Positions 17,597-28,997 of a stretch of DNA of 64,000 bases are shown here, piece by piece; position 1 is the stretch's first letter; each line of letters starts with the position of its first letter. A model generated the notes under the pieces. That model saw only the letters and a list, made by a program, of their open reading frames with translations. It made no database searches and was not told the origin of the DNA. This stretch comes from a virus, in IMG/VR virus record IMGVR_UViG_3300045988_015843; one strand, 5' to 3'. The translations under genes were made by a program, and so were the position numbers.

Positions 17597-20500
17597 ATGA
17601 TAAGAGTAGAAGATAATTTATATAATGCGAACTTTCCGCAACAGAAACTACCTCTAAAGAAAAAAGATGAGTAGTGGTAGCATGACTGCGTGAATTACAT
17701 TATCGGAGAAGGTAATGTTGTATCTGGCGGAATGTAGAAGACTCGGTTTAGCGAACTTCAAACATATTACGATCTATATAATAGTATCTTTGATGAAAAG
17801 GACTTTAAACGTATAACCAACCCGTTTAAAGTATCAGACGGATTTCCTGCTACACCACAAGACTTCAACATAATTAGGCCTAAGGTAGACCTCCTTATAG
17901 GTGAAGAGACAAAGAGGCCGTTTAATTTCAGAGTTGTACGTACATCACAGGAGGCAACATCTGACTTAATGGATTAGGAGAAAGAAATGCTAATCCAATA
18001 TATGATGAGTGCTATTATGGGCAGAATGAGTCCTGAAGAGCAACAATAGTTCCAACAACAACTTTAGAGTGGTGAGATAATGCCGCCTGAAGAGATTGGA
18101 AAGTATATGCGTAGGGATTACAAAGATGTTATAGAAAACACAGCCTATCATTCTCTGATGTATATACGCGAGAAGTGTGGTATAGATAACGAGTTTATCA
18201 AAGGTTGGAAAGACGGTTTGATAGCGGGACAAGAGGTATACTATGTTGGTGTACAAAATGGAGATCCTTACATGGAACGTGTGAATCCTGTATATTTTTC
18301 ATTCGATCAGTCACCAGACCTTGAGTTTATAGAAGATGCGTCATGGTGTTGTAGAAAAATGAGACTCCCTGTAGCTGAAGTATACGACAGATATCATGAT
18401 AAGTTGTCTGAGAAAGATTTAGACAAATTAAACGAGATGTTAACAGGTCGTCCATCAAATGATCTTGGAGAAAAAGACCCTGTTGATAATTTCAATCATA
18501 TACAAATGCATATATACGATAATCCTGTTTTTGATCAGAAGACAAGACATAACATTAATGTATGGCATTGTTGTTGGAAATCGTTTAAGAAGATTAAGTA
18601 TGTTACGTTTCAAGATGAAAACGGAGATGCTTAGATTGAAATCGTAGACGAATTCTATAAACCTGTTGGAACAGAGATAGGTATTGATGAGGATTGGATT
18701 GTTGAAGTATGGGAAGGATATAGAGCCGGATCAGATTTGTATTTTGGTATACAACCGGTTGCTTATCAACATATAAGCATTGATCAACCAGATAGTCAGA
18801 AGTTACCTTATTGTGGTGCTATATATAGTAACACTAACAGTAAGCCAAGATCCCTTGTAAGCATCCTCAAGCCTTTGCAGTATATGTACATTGTATTGTG
18901 GTATAGACTTGAATTAGCAATAGCTAGGGATAAAGGTAAGGTTATCAATATGGATATTACGTAGATACCTAAATCTATGAATATTACACCAGATCGATGG
19001 ATGCATTATTTATCAAGCGTTGGTGTAAACTTCATAAATCCTTATGAGTGCTTTGATCCAGATACAGAGGTGTTGATGTACGACAGATCTGTTCGTAAGA
19101 TTAAAGATATTCATATTGGTGATAAGGTACTTGGTCCAGATGGAACTCCACGTACTGTATTGGATGAGTGTGAGGGTATCGACAAGATGTATAGAATACA
19201 CAGTGGCACAGGATGTGATGATTAGATTGTAAACAGTAGACATAAAATTTATTATACTGAATATAATCACTTTAAAAAAACATACACTGACAAGTTGGCA
19301 ACTCCATTGGAGTTGATGAAAGAGGATCTACATAAGTCGTATATAAAACAAAATCGATATTTGAAACGAGTACATCCTACTGACAATAATGTTTCTTCAA
19401 ATTTACTATTAGATCCGTATTATCTTGGATTATGGTTGGGCGATGGTTTTACAAACAGTCCTGCAATAATAAACGAAGATATAGAGGTGATTAAGTGGTT
19501 GTCAGAATATGCCGAGTCTAATGGTATGACAACAACAATCCTTTCTGATAAAAACGTTCCTGTTATATATCTTAAAAATAAGGTGTATAATCATAAGAAC
19601 CCAATAAAAGACACACTTCAATATTATGGAATCTTAAATCAAAAAGATATCCCAGATGATTACCTACATGGTAGTGTTGAAGATAAACTACAGTTAATGG
19701 CAGGTCTTATTGATACTGATGGGCATTTTTCAAAGCGTGATCGCATTTATACATTTAGCCAATGTGAATCTAGAAAACATATTGTAGACAAACTTGCTTT
19801 TATAGCAAGATCTTTAGGATTTAAATGTAGTCTACACATGTACAAAACCGCTGGTACAAAACACATATGTGGTAATAAGAGCACATGTCAAAATACATAC
19901 ACGTTACGAATAATTGATGGATTGTACGATATTCCATGTAAAATTGCTCGTAAGAAACATCATTGGGTTCAAAAGCGTACAAAACGAAGTTTGACAAATT
20001 TCAAGGTTTCGTACAGCCATATTGGAAAATACAAAGGTATCACTACAGATGGAGATCACTTCTTTGTGTTAAAAGACTTTACAGTAGTACATAACTGTCA
20101 ATGGGGTATTCCTGGCAGAGAGGGTGGTAAACCAGCTACGTTTAATCAAATAACATCACTTGATCTTACGATGAGTAATGTTATTGCGGAGTATATTCAA
20201 CTCATGGATAAGATTGAACAATTAGCTGGAACAATCACTGGTATCACAGAGCAACGTCAAGGAGCTATTAGCACATCAGAACTTGTTGGAAACGTAGAAC
20301 GATCTGTATTACAATCATCTCATATCACAGAACCCTTGTTCTGGGTACACAACCAATGTAAGAAGCACGTGTTAACAATGCTTCTTAATACAGCAAAAGG
20401 TGTCTGGGAAGAGTCTGGTAAGAAAAAGCTTCAATACGTATTTGATAATGGAGAAAGAGCATTCTTAGCAATAACAAAACAATTCTATTATGAAGATATG

Positions 20501-21130
20501 GATGTATTCGTTAGTGACACATCTAAGGATGCTGAGAACATAGCAAAACTTCAACAGCTTATTCAACCTGCAATGCAAAATGGAGCAAGCTTGTTAGAAG
20601 CAGCAGAGGTTCTTACGAATGATAACTTTAACATTATCAAACAGAAGCTTAAAGATATGCAAGATCGTCAAGATCAACTTTAGCAGCAGCAACAAGAGGC
20701 TCAGCAGCAACAAGCAATGCAACTTCAGCAGATGCAGAATGAGGCTAAAGAGCAAGAACTCATGCTTAAGGAAGCTGAAATGGATCTTCAGAGGTATAAG
20801 ATTGATGCTGATAATCAAACCAAGATTGCTGTGGCTGAAATTAGCACATATAGAGGTACTGAGGATAAGGATATCAATATGAATGGTATTCCAGATCCGA
20901 TGGAGATAGCTAAGGATGCTACACAGCAACGTAAGATAGATTCAGAAGCATATACTAAGCGTTATGAAGCTCGTCAGAAAAAGGAGATTGAAGATAAGAA
21001 GATCAGTCTTGCTAAAGAACAGATGAAACATGAAAGTGAACTTTAGAAGTAGAAAGACGACGCTGCTATGTAGAGAGAAGAGCTTAAGGCTAAGACCGCA
21101 TTGAAAAACAAAGTAGCTGGTGAACGATGA
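17597..21130 (+). CDS. portal protein interrupted by an intein (1177 aa precursor, about 828 aa after splicing, many TAG)
   Basis: ORFs 18080.., 18737.., 18977.., 19295.. and 20717.. are all in the frame of ATG 17597. The stop is TGA 21128-21130. The portal call rests on size and on position directly after TerL, as in crAss-like phages. The Q-rich C-terminus reads 'DQL*QQQQEAQQQQAMQLQQMQ'. Confidence 0.7.
19049..20095 (+). mobile_element. intein with a LAGLIDADG homing endonuclease (349 aa)
   Basis: It begins 'CFDPDTEVLMYD' (Cys1, block A) and ends 'FTVVHN' followed by Cys+1 (TGT 20096-20098). The two LAGLIDADG motifs are 'LGLWLGDGFT' and 'LMAGLIDTDGHF'. It contains one in-frame TAG (19223-19225). 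Confidence 0.85.
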
Positions 21131-21330
21131 ATAAGGATTATATAAAACCTTCTGAACTTCTACAAAGACAACGACAAACAGGTGAGTCTTATTGGGACAT
21201 GGTTGGAAAACCGTTGACTAATAAGACTCAGTCTGATCGTCAGTTAGATTCAGAGCTTGCTAAGATAGAATATCTAGCTAACAAGTGGAAGGAAGAAGCT
21301 GAAGCAGATTTGTAGGACTATGATTATTAA
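21127..21330 (+). CDS. hypothetical protein (67 aa, 1 TAG)
   Basis: ATG 21127 overlaps the portal TGA (ATGA). TAG 21313-21315 is read through to TAA 21328-21330. Confidence 0.45.
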
Positions 21331-22033
21331 TTACTTACCAGAATATAGAAAAGGCAAATCTAAAGTAAACCAAACATCTAAATAGTTTGTTGATAAAATG
21401 GGACCTCTGGTTTATGACAAGATGCATCAAATGGGTATCTACTCAGATAGAACGTTTGATTATCTCATGCGTCAATTAGCATTTGAGTCAGCAAACGGAA
21501 CATCGAATGTTGCGAGAAAATATAACAACTACGGTGGTGTTCGTGTACCAGGAAAGACACAATATCAATCATATAAAAACGATTAGGCATTTGTTGATTA
21601 CTGGCTCCCTATGATGAATCGTAAATATGCAAAAGCATTGAAGGCTCGTAATATTGATGAGTATGGCGCAGCATTGAAGAGTCTTGGTTATTATGAAGCT
21701 CCTGTGTTACAATATACATCAGGTTTAAAGAGTTCTACAAGCGTTGGATCTGCTGCTGCAGCTTATGCTACAAGTAGAAACAAGGCTAATAAACCAATGC
21801 CTATGCAGACATAGCCTGTATTAAAACCTGTAATAAATCTAATGCCTGATTATATGAAAAATCAGACGCCTATTTGGCAACCAACATCTGATATTCAAGA
21901 TGTCCCTGTACAGCAGGAACCTACACAACAGACATTATAGTTTACTTTACCTCCAATAGAGAATCTATATGCAAAATTGGTTAACGATCAGCCATGGATT
22001 CCTGGAGAAGTTCCAATGAATGGATTATTATAA
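21320..22033 (+). CDS. glucosaminidase-like peptidoglycan hydrolase (237 aa, several TAG)
   Basis: ORFs 21398..21586 and 21611..21814 are in the frame of ATG 21320. 'LMRQLAFESANGTSNVARKYNNYGGVR' resembles the FlgJ/glucosaminidase motif 'ALESGWG.S.LA...NN.FGIK' (from memory). Confidence 0.55.
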
Positions 22034-22073
22034 ACAGTTATATTGAACTGAAATCAATAACATAAATATATTT

Positions 22074-23234
22074 ATGGCAGAAAAACAAACAAAAGAGACA
22101 GCATCATTGAATGATGTGTTGAGCATCTTCAGTGAACCTGACACTGCGTCAGGACGTACTAATATGGATACTAGAGTACTGGATGCTGATAGTAAGAATG
22201 CACAAGACCCTGTGTCTTAGGATGGCAATAACGCGGATGATAATTCAGATATTCCGCAGGATGTGATGGATCGTATGAACGGAAAGTCAGACGATACATC
22301 ATCGCAAGATAATATACCTAGTGGCAACAATGTTCCAGCGGGCGACATTAATACTAATAACAATGACAATGAGCCTTCAGCAGAGGATGTTGCTGAAGCA
22401 GAACAGGTCACAGCGCTATTTGACGCCATTGTTGAATCACTTGGTTATAATCCAAACGATATCGACGGAGATAGAAAGCCTTTAACAGTTGATGATCTTA
22501 CGACATCTCTTGGTAATATTGTAAAAGAGAATAGTAAGCCTCAGTACGCTGATGAACGAATTGCTAAGCTTGACGATTATGTTAAGAACGGTGGTAAGTT
22601 TGAGGATTTCTATGGAGTACAGCGTGATTCGTTGAATCTTGATGATATTGATTTGGATGATGAGAGTAATCAAAAAAGAGTGGTCAGAGAGCTTCTTAAG
22701 CTCGATGGTTATTCTGATGATCGCATCAATAAGAGAATTGAACGATTTGAAGATGCTGATATGTTGTACGATGAAGCAGAGGATGCAGTTGATCGTCTTA
22801 AGGAGATTAAGAAACAACAGGCCGAGCAGCTTCAGAAAGAGCAAGAGGCTTATCGTCAACAGCAGGAGTAGGACGCTCAAAAGTTTTTCACAGACGTTAG
22901 AACTCAGATTGATAGTTTGAGTACTATTAGAGGCGTAGCTGTTCCTAAAGAAGATCGTAAAGCGTTGTTCGATTATATCTTCAGACAAGATGCCAATGGA
23001 GTAACTCAATATCAAAAAGACTTTAGTAAAAACTTGTCTAAGAATCTTATTGAATCAGCTTATTTCACAATGAAAGGTGATTCTCTCATCAATGAAGCAC
23101 AGCGGGATGGACAAACATCCGCAGCGCAGAAACTTAGAAATATGTTAAGAGATAGTTCTCGTAATCATAGCAGTAGAACTATCGATGATGGTAAACAACC
23201 TCAGGCATGGGATATTGCGTCAAAGTTCCTATGA
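22074..23234 (+). CDS. acidic coiled-coil protein, scaffold-like by position (386 aa, 2 TAG)
   Basis: ORFs 22263..22871 and 22917..23234 are in the frame of ATG 22074. The protein is very acidic and lies immediately upstream of the MCP. Confidence 0.5.
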
Positions 23235-23259
23235 TGAGAAAGATTATTAATAAAATTTT

Positions 23260-24783
23260 ATGAATAACGGTTTGTTAAACAACCTTCAGCTTTATCGCGG
23301 ACGTCGTTTCAGCGATCTTGTTGATGAGAATATGATTTCTAACGCATTGCTGACTAAGCCTCATGAGGTATCTGGTCTGCTTTCACTTGTCTTTGGTACC
23401 AAGGATGATGGTGTTTCTACAGCAATCGACTTGATTACCGGTGGTCTTGGTAAAACAATGATCATTGAGAATCGTGAGTATGAGTGGTCTGTTATGATTG
23501 ACGCTGATCACGCAGTAAATATTCGTTGGGCTAAGGCTAATGGTCAGGAGATTACTTCAGCTAATTTCGCTGATGCAACTGCTGGTCTTAACGGTGCTCC
23601 GATTTATATCGCACTTGAAGAGAAGTTCTTCGGTCCTGGTGCTATTCTTTCTTTTGACAACTATAATTTCCAGGTTCGTGTAAGCGGTCAGCCTTACCAG
23701 GACGGTAGTGCTTGGGTATACGAGTGCTATGTTGTCGATGGTTTCTCTGGTTCTTACATTCCTGGTGAGTACTTGCTTCCTGGTCGTCAGGTTAGCCGCA
23801 TGGCTTCTGCATACGAGGAGTACAGTGATGAGGAGGATATCATCAACTATCAGACCCCGTTTAAGATGCGTAATAACCTCATGACGCTTCGTCTTGGTTA
23901 TGACATCACGGGTGATGCTTATAGCACGGTATTGGCTATTGCATTGAAGGATCCTGAGACTGGTAAGACATCTTATCTGTGGTCTGATTATCAGTATTGG
24001 CTCGCTCTTCGTGAGTGGAAGAGACGCGAGGAGAAGGCTCTTCTGTTTGGTAAGTCTAATCGTAACTCTGATGGTACGTATAACCTCAAGGGTTCTAATG
24101 GTCGTCCTGTTGCCGTATCAGCTGGTCTGTTCGAGCAGGTTGCTCCGGCTAATGTACGTTATTACACGACTCTCACCGCTGAGTTGCTTGAGGATTATCT
24201 GTTTGATCTTTGCTACAATATGCTTGGTACTCAGGAGCGTAAGTTTATGGCTCTTACTGGAGAGATGGGTATCAGAGAGTTCGATCGTATTTTGAAGGAG
24301 AAGGTTGCTTCTTTCAATATGATTGATACGCACTTTGTAACTGGTTCTGGTCAGGATCTCGTTCTTGGTGGTCAGTTCACAACCTACAAGATGACTAACG
24401 GCATTGAGCTTACGCTTAAGCGTTGTGCAATGTTTGATAACATGGAGCTGTTCCGTCAGTTGCACCCGCTCACGGGTAAACCTCTGATGTCTTACACGTT
24501 CCTGTTTGTTGATCTTGGTAACCGTGATGGTCAGCCGAACATCGTTAAGGTTTGCCGTAAGGGTCGTGAGTTCGTACAGTGGTGCACTGGTGGTTCTGTA
24601 GTTCCTAGTGGCTATGCTAACAGCATCAATACGCTTCGTTCTAATAGCCGTGATGGTTATCAGGTTCACTTCCTCGGTGAGGAGGGCATTATGCTCCGTA
24701 ACCCGCTGTCTTGCGGTATCCTGTATTGCGATGCTGAGGATTCTGAGCACACGAACAACGGTGGTATCAAGAAAGGTGCCTAA
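23260..24783 (+). CDS. major capsid protein (507 aa, TAG-free)
   Basis: The size, the position (TerL-portal-scaffold-MCP order), codon-optimised appearance (GGT/CGT/CTT rich) and a strong downstream terminator are all typical of a crAss-like MCP. Not verified by search. Confidence 0.7.
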   Translation: MNNGLLNNLQLYRGRRFSDLVDENMISNALLTKPHEVSGLLSLVFGTKDDGVSTAIDLITGGLGKTMIIENREYEWSVMIDADHAVNIRWAKANGQEITSANFADATAGLNGAPIYIALEEKFFGPGAILSFDNYNFQVRVSGQPYQDGSAWVYECYVVDGFSGSYIPGEYLLPGRQVSRMASAYEEYSDEEDIINYQTPFKMRNNLMTLRLGYDITGDAYSTVLAIALKDPETGKTSYLWSDYQYWLALREWKRREEKALLFGKSNRNSDGTYNLKGSNGRPVAVSAGLFEQVAPANVRYYTTLTAELLEDYLFDLCYNMLGTQERKFMALTGEMGIREFDRILKEKVASFNMIDTHFVTGSGQDLVLGGQFTTYKMTNGIELTLKRCAMFDNMELFRQLHPLTGKPLMSYTFLFVDLGNRDGQPNIVKVCRKGREFVQWCTGGSVVPSGYANSINTLRSNSRDGYQVHFLGEEGIMLRNPLSCGILYCDAEDSEHTNNGGIKKGA

Positions 24784-24867
24784 GAAATAACAAGCCTCGA
24801 TCTCGGCTTGATTTCAACCTAACGGTTGAAATAACAAGCCTCGGGGCTCGTAATAAATGTATATATA

Positions 24868-24910
24868 AAAAACCGCTCGCATCTAGATAAGATGCTCGCG
24901 GTTTCTTATA
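24868..24910 (+). terminator. intrinsic terminator after the MCP
   Basis: AACCGC-TC-GCATC, loop TAGATAA, GATGC-TC-GCGGTT, then TTCTTATATAT. An A-run upstream can pair with the T-run. Confidence 0.7.
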
Positions 24911-24947
24911 TATAATTTATTATAGGTGACAACACTAATTTAATATT

Positions 24948-25700
24948 ATGGTAGTTGAATTAAAAATTAAAAAGAAAAATCCCTGGGCTGGACTGTTAAA
25001 GTATAAGCATTGTTTTGATTACATTGCCCCTTATTACACTAGATCCGGGTCGATATATACAGGATTGACTCCTGAAGATGAAAAATATTTTGAGGAAGCT
25101 ATGGGCCTTCCTGAAGGTAAGTTGTCTAAGACAAGTGATTATTGGACAACGTTTTGTGTAAAGGTTGGTGCTAGAGGATTGCTCCTTGATGATCAGTTCC
25201 CGACACAGGCTATGCAAATTAAATTTCTAAGTAATCACAAGCGTGTTGCAACGTCTCTTGATAAGCTGACTGCTGGTAAGGATTATTTGCTAATCAATAG
25301 TGAGGCAGAGGCTGAGCAGAAGAATAAGGCTAATAAAGTACGTAGAGAAGCTATTAAAGCGTATGACACTATGTCTATGGATGACATGCGCAAGTGTCTT
25401 AGATTATTTGGTGTTCGTTCAGACAATATGTCTAACCAACTTATAGAATCAACAATGTTCGATATTGTTGACAAAAAGAGCGATCAGTACTTGACCAAAT
25501 GGGTTAATAATAAGAAGAAGGATACCGAGTTTATCATTGAAGAGGCTGTGGCCAAGGGTGTACTTCGTAAGGAGCGTACACAATATTATTATGGTACTGA
25601 GATGATTGCCGACTCACTTTCAGACGCTGTTGCATATCTTGATAACAAGAAGAACCAAGACCTAAAGCTTTCTATTATAAACGAGATTAAGAATAAGTAA
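24948..25700 (+). CDS. hypothetical structural-module protein (250 aa)
   Basis: Intact TAG-free ORF. Confidence 0.6.
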   Translation: MVVELKIKKKNPWAGLLKYKHCFDYIAPYYTRSGSIYTGLTPEDEKYFEEAMGLPEGKLSKTSDYWTTFCVKVGARGLLLDDQFPTQAMQIKFLSNHKRVATSLDKLTAGKDYLLINSEAEAEQKNKANKVRREAIKAYDTMSMDDMRKCLRLFGVRSDNMSNQLIESTMFDIVDKKSDQYLTKWVNNKKKDTEFIIEEAVAKGVLRKERTQYYYGTEMIADSLSDAVAYLDNKKNQDLKLSIINEIKNK

Positions 25701-25718
25701 TCTTAATACACGACAAAT

Positions 25719-26390
25719 ATGACGTATAAGGACATACATAAAAAATACATGATTGAATATGACAAAGAGAATGTTACTTCGTCATATCCGTCGCTAACAA
25801 CATACGAGATTGCTACTATATTAGATAAAGCTTATCTTGCACTTATTGCTCAAAAGTTAACTGGAAATCAACAAAGAGTTCCTTTTGAAGGAGACATTAA
25901 AGCCATAGAGGATGTTAGGAATCTCATAGCGTCTAAGAAAATTAGTAAGAGTAATACTACTTTACCAATAGATAACGCTGTGATATACAAGTTGTCTGAC
26001 ATCTTATACTTCTTAACTGCATTAGTACTGATTGATGGAAAACTTGTAACAACAAATCTTGTTAACCATGAGATTGCTAAGAATTTCATGCATACTGCGA
26101 CAAATAGACCGTGGATAAAGAACAGTGTTTGTTATATAGAAGGAGATAATCTAATTGTTTTATACGATGATTATTCTCATAAAAATGTCGGGGATCTACA
26201 ACTTACGTATATCAAATAGCCAGATAAGTTTGTAGATCATATAATCGGAAAAACATTTGATGACACTCAATTTGCATTGAATGATACTATGGTTGAAGAG
26301 CTAATAAGTCTTGCTATTATAATGTCTTTAGAGACTGTTGAATCTCCAAGATTACAAACAAAGTTGAACACTAAAGCACTAGAGTCATGA
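25719..26390 (+). CDS. hypothetical structural-module protein (223 aa, 1 TAG)
   Basis: ORF 25719..26219 reads through TAG 26217-26219 to TGA 26388-26390. Confidence 0.55.
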
Positions 26391-27121
26391 CGAAGAAACA
26401 AACGAGAATGCTTGGAATAGAGTTCGAACGCAGGCTCTAGACAATGGACCCAACCCTTATTTAGATTAACAAGATTGATACTGATGATATATATGCTTAT
26501 CTCAATGAGTATCAACAACTTTATGTAAAATAGTTGTATACAGCTGAAGATCAGGTCCCTATAGGTACTAATACGTCGATACGAATATCCGATCAGTTAA
26601 AACCGCTATTGTCCAATAAGATTCTAACAAAATCATCTATCACAGATACCACTTATGATGGAAGGTATATAATGTATAACTTACCCGATGATTATTATAT
26701 GTATGTCAGATCTACATCGTCTGCTGATATCGCGTATAACAATAAAAGTGGTTATAGTATTCCGAACGTATTGATTGATCAAAATAACGTACATAAAGTT
26801 ATAGAATCTGCGTACGACACGAATAAGATTATTAGAAACCCAATAGTAGTTTTATCAACGTCAGATGATAAACCTGTGTTACAGCTTATACATGACGTAT
26901 ATACCAATATTATAAAGGTTAGTCTTACATATATTAAACAGCCAAATAGGTTCGGAATAGATGACGATGACGATGCTTGCGAATTACCTATAGATTGTTT
27001 TGAGGATCTTGTTTCTGGTGCTGTTAATCTATATCTCACATATAAATATCCTGGATCTAATAGAAAATAGGATAATGATAAGAAAGATGAACGAAAGGAG
27101 GAAGTGAATGAGAAACATTGA
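26387..27121 (+). CDS. hypothetical structural-module protein (244 aa, 4 TAG)
   Basis: ATG 26387 (ATGA overlap) is in frame with ORF 26534..27070. The stop is TGA 27119-27121. Confidence 0.5.
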
Positions 27122-27812
27122 TATATTGATCGGTTTTGAACGTGAAATCAATAAGTTGAACAATAGTTTGGATAAACCGACAACAGATGATTCTTTGTAT
27201 TGGCTTAATCAAGCTGTTTCTAAATTCGTAAAAACAAGATTCAATGGAAATCTTCCACACCTTACATCTTACGAACAGACAGAGAAAAGATCGAAAGATC
27301 TGATTAACTTGTTGGTTGATAAAGAACTTCCTGTTGAACAAGATATTCATGGTATACGACCTGATTATGTAACTTATCATGTACAATATCCTGATGATTT
27401 CATGTTTGCATTAAACGAAGATGTTATGATATCAGATTTGTCTGGAGATCATAAAACAATGACTTCTGTGTTTGAATGCACAGCTGATAGTTTCATGTAT
27501 CGTGTAACAAACTCGTTAACAGATTTCCATTATCGTCATTATAAGGCAAGACCTTTAAGAGTACGTACAATGGTTGATGGATCATAGGGTTGTGATTTGT
27601 TAACTGACGGTAAGTATAAAATATTGAAATATAGATTAGGCTATCTACGTAATCCTAATAAAATATCTTTGGAAAAACCGCTTGGTGAGTATTCAGAGTT
27701 TCCAGAGATAATAATGCCTGAGATCATTAAAACTGCTGCTCAGATGTATATAGAAAATAAATCAGATCAGCGATATCAGACATTAACTAATGAAGTGAAT
27801 ACTCAAGAATAA
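27108..27812 (+). CDS. hypothetical structural-module protein (234 aa, 1 TAG)
   Basis: ORFs 27108..27587 and 27597..27812 are in the same frame across TAG 27585-27587. Confidence 0.55.
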
Positions 27813-27883
27813 TTTTAACGTGGAAACCCCAGCTAGTTAGGTCTAGTATTATTATTTAGGGGGAGTAGAAGAAATTAAATAAT

Positions 27884-28936
27884 ATGATTACATTTGTAAA
27901 TACGGTTTTGGTATCTAATCTCAAAGCCGAGAATATTGCTACTGCAGCTCCTGCTGCTTGTGACAGCATGAATGCTGTATCTGCTGATTATGGCAAGTTT
28001 GTCATCATGGATATGGACAAGGGTACGTTTGTGACTGCAGATGAGGCTAAGAAGGCTGATCGTATTAAGATCGGTCTTGTTACAAACAAGAACACTGTTC
28101 GTCGTGGCCCGAAGGACATTAAGTACCTTCCGATCATAAAGTGGTCTAACGTAATCGCTATGGATGCTATTAAGAGCGTTAACGCTAGCGTTTATCCCAC
28201 TGGTGATGCTGAGACTGAGGATACGGTTACGATTGACTTTTCAAAGATTGATGCTACGACTCTTGCTAAGTTTGCAGAGGGTGGTAAGCGTTTGATCGTT
28301 CGTCTTACGTTTAAGGATCTGCCCACTCGTTATCGTAAGTGGACTGAGTCTTATGAGTACGTGACTGAGGTTGACGATACTGCTGAGACGATTGCTAAGA
28401 ACGTTGCTAACATGATCAATGCTCAGTGGAAGCGTGCTCGTGTACAGGCTTCTGATGCAGCTGGTGTTGTTACGCTCGTAGCACTTCCTTACGATGACGA
28501 CAATGCTTCTAACACGATCAACTGGGCAGGTAAGGTTCGTTTTACTGTAAATACGTATTACACGGATCCTGCTGCTGATGGTTGGGAGAGTAAGAATAAG
28601 AATTTCCCGAAGGGTGTTGTTATCTCAAAGACTGAGGGTAAGCAGTATCCTGCAATGGGTAAGCTTGTACGTGATGAAGAGTCTAAGGCAATGGGTTATC
28701 AGGGTATCCTGAACCAGGGCTGTTGCACGTGGCCGATCATTCGCCCCGAGCTCGAAGCACAGAATGATGGTAAGTACAACATGCTTACGATTGAGTTCCG
28801 CACTCCGTACCGTGCAGCTGACGACATTACTCGTTATACGCAGCAAACGCTGAACGTATATGCACAGGGTGATATTGCAGATCTTGCCGGTATCTTTGGT
28901 GTAACTCCTGAGGCTCTAACAGACGCCAAACCTTAA
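27884..28936 (+). CDS. abundant-virion-protein candidate (350 aa, TAG-free)
   Basis: Intact ORF with the same codon style as the MCP, preceded by GGGGGAG and followed by a strong terminator. Confidence 0.6.
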   Translation: MITFVNTVLVSNLKAENIATAAPAACDSMNAVSADYGKFVIMDMDKGTFVTADEAKKADRIKIGLVTNKNTVRRGPKDIKYLPIIKWSNVIAMDAIKSVNASVYPTGDAETEDTVTIDFSKIDATTLAKFAEGGKRLIVRLTFKDLPTRYRKWTESYEYVTEVDDTAETIAKNVANMINAQWKRARVQASDAAGVVTLVALPYDDDNASNTINWAGKVRFTVNTYYTDPAADGWESKNKNFPKGVVISKTEGKQYPAMGKLVRDEESKAMGYQGILNQGCCTWPIIRPELEAQNDGKYNMLTIEFRTPYRAADDITRYTQQTLNVYAQGDIADLAGIFGVTPEALTDAKP

Positions 28937-28947
28937 TAGTAACAACA

Positions 28948-28987
28948 AAGGTAGAGTAGAGGTATTCTCTACCCTACCTTTTTTTAT
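28948..28987 (+). terminator. intrinsic terminator
   Basis: GGTAGAGTAGAG, loop GTATT, CTCTACCCTACC (one mismatch), followed by TTTTTTT. Confidence 0.75.
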
Positions 28988-28997
28988 ATCAGTTCGT

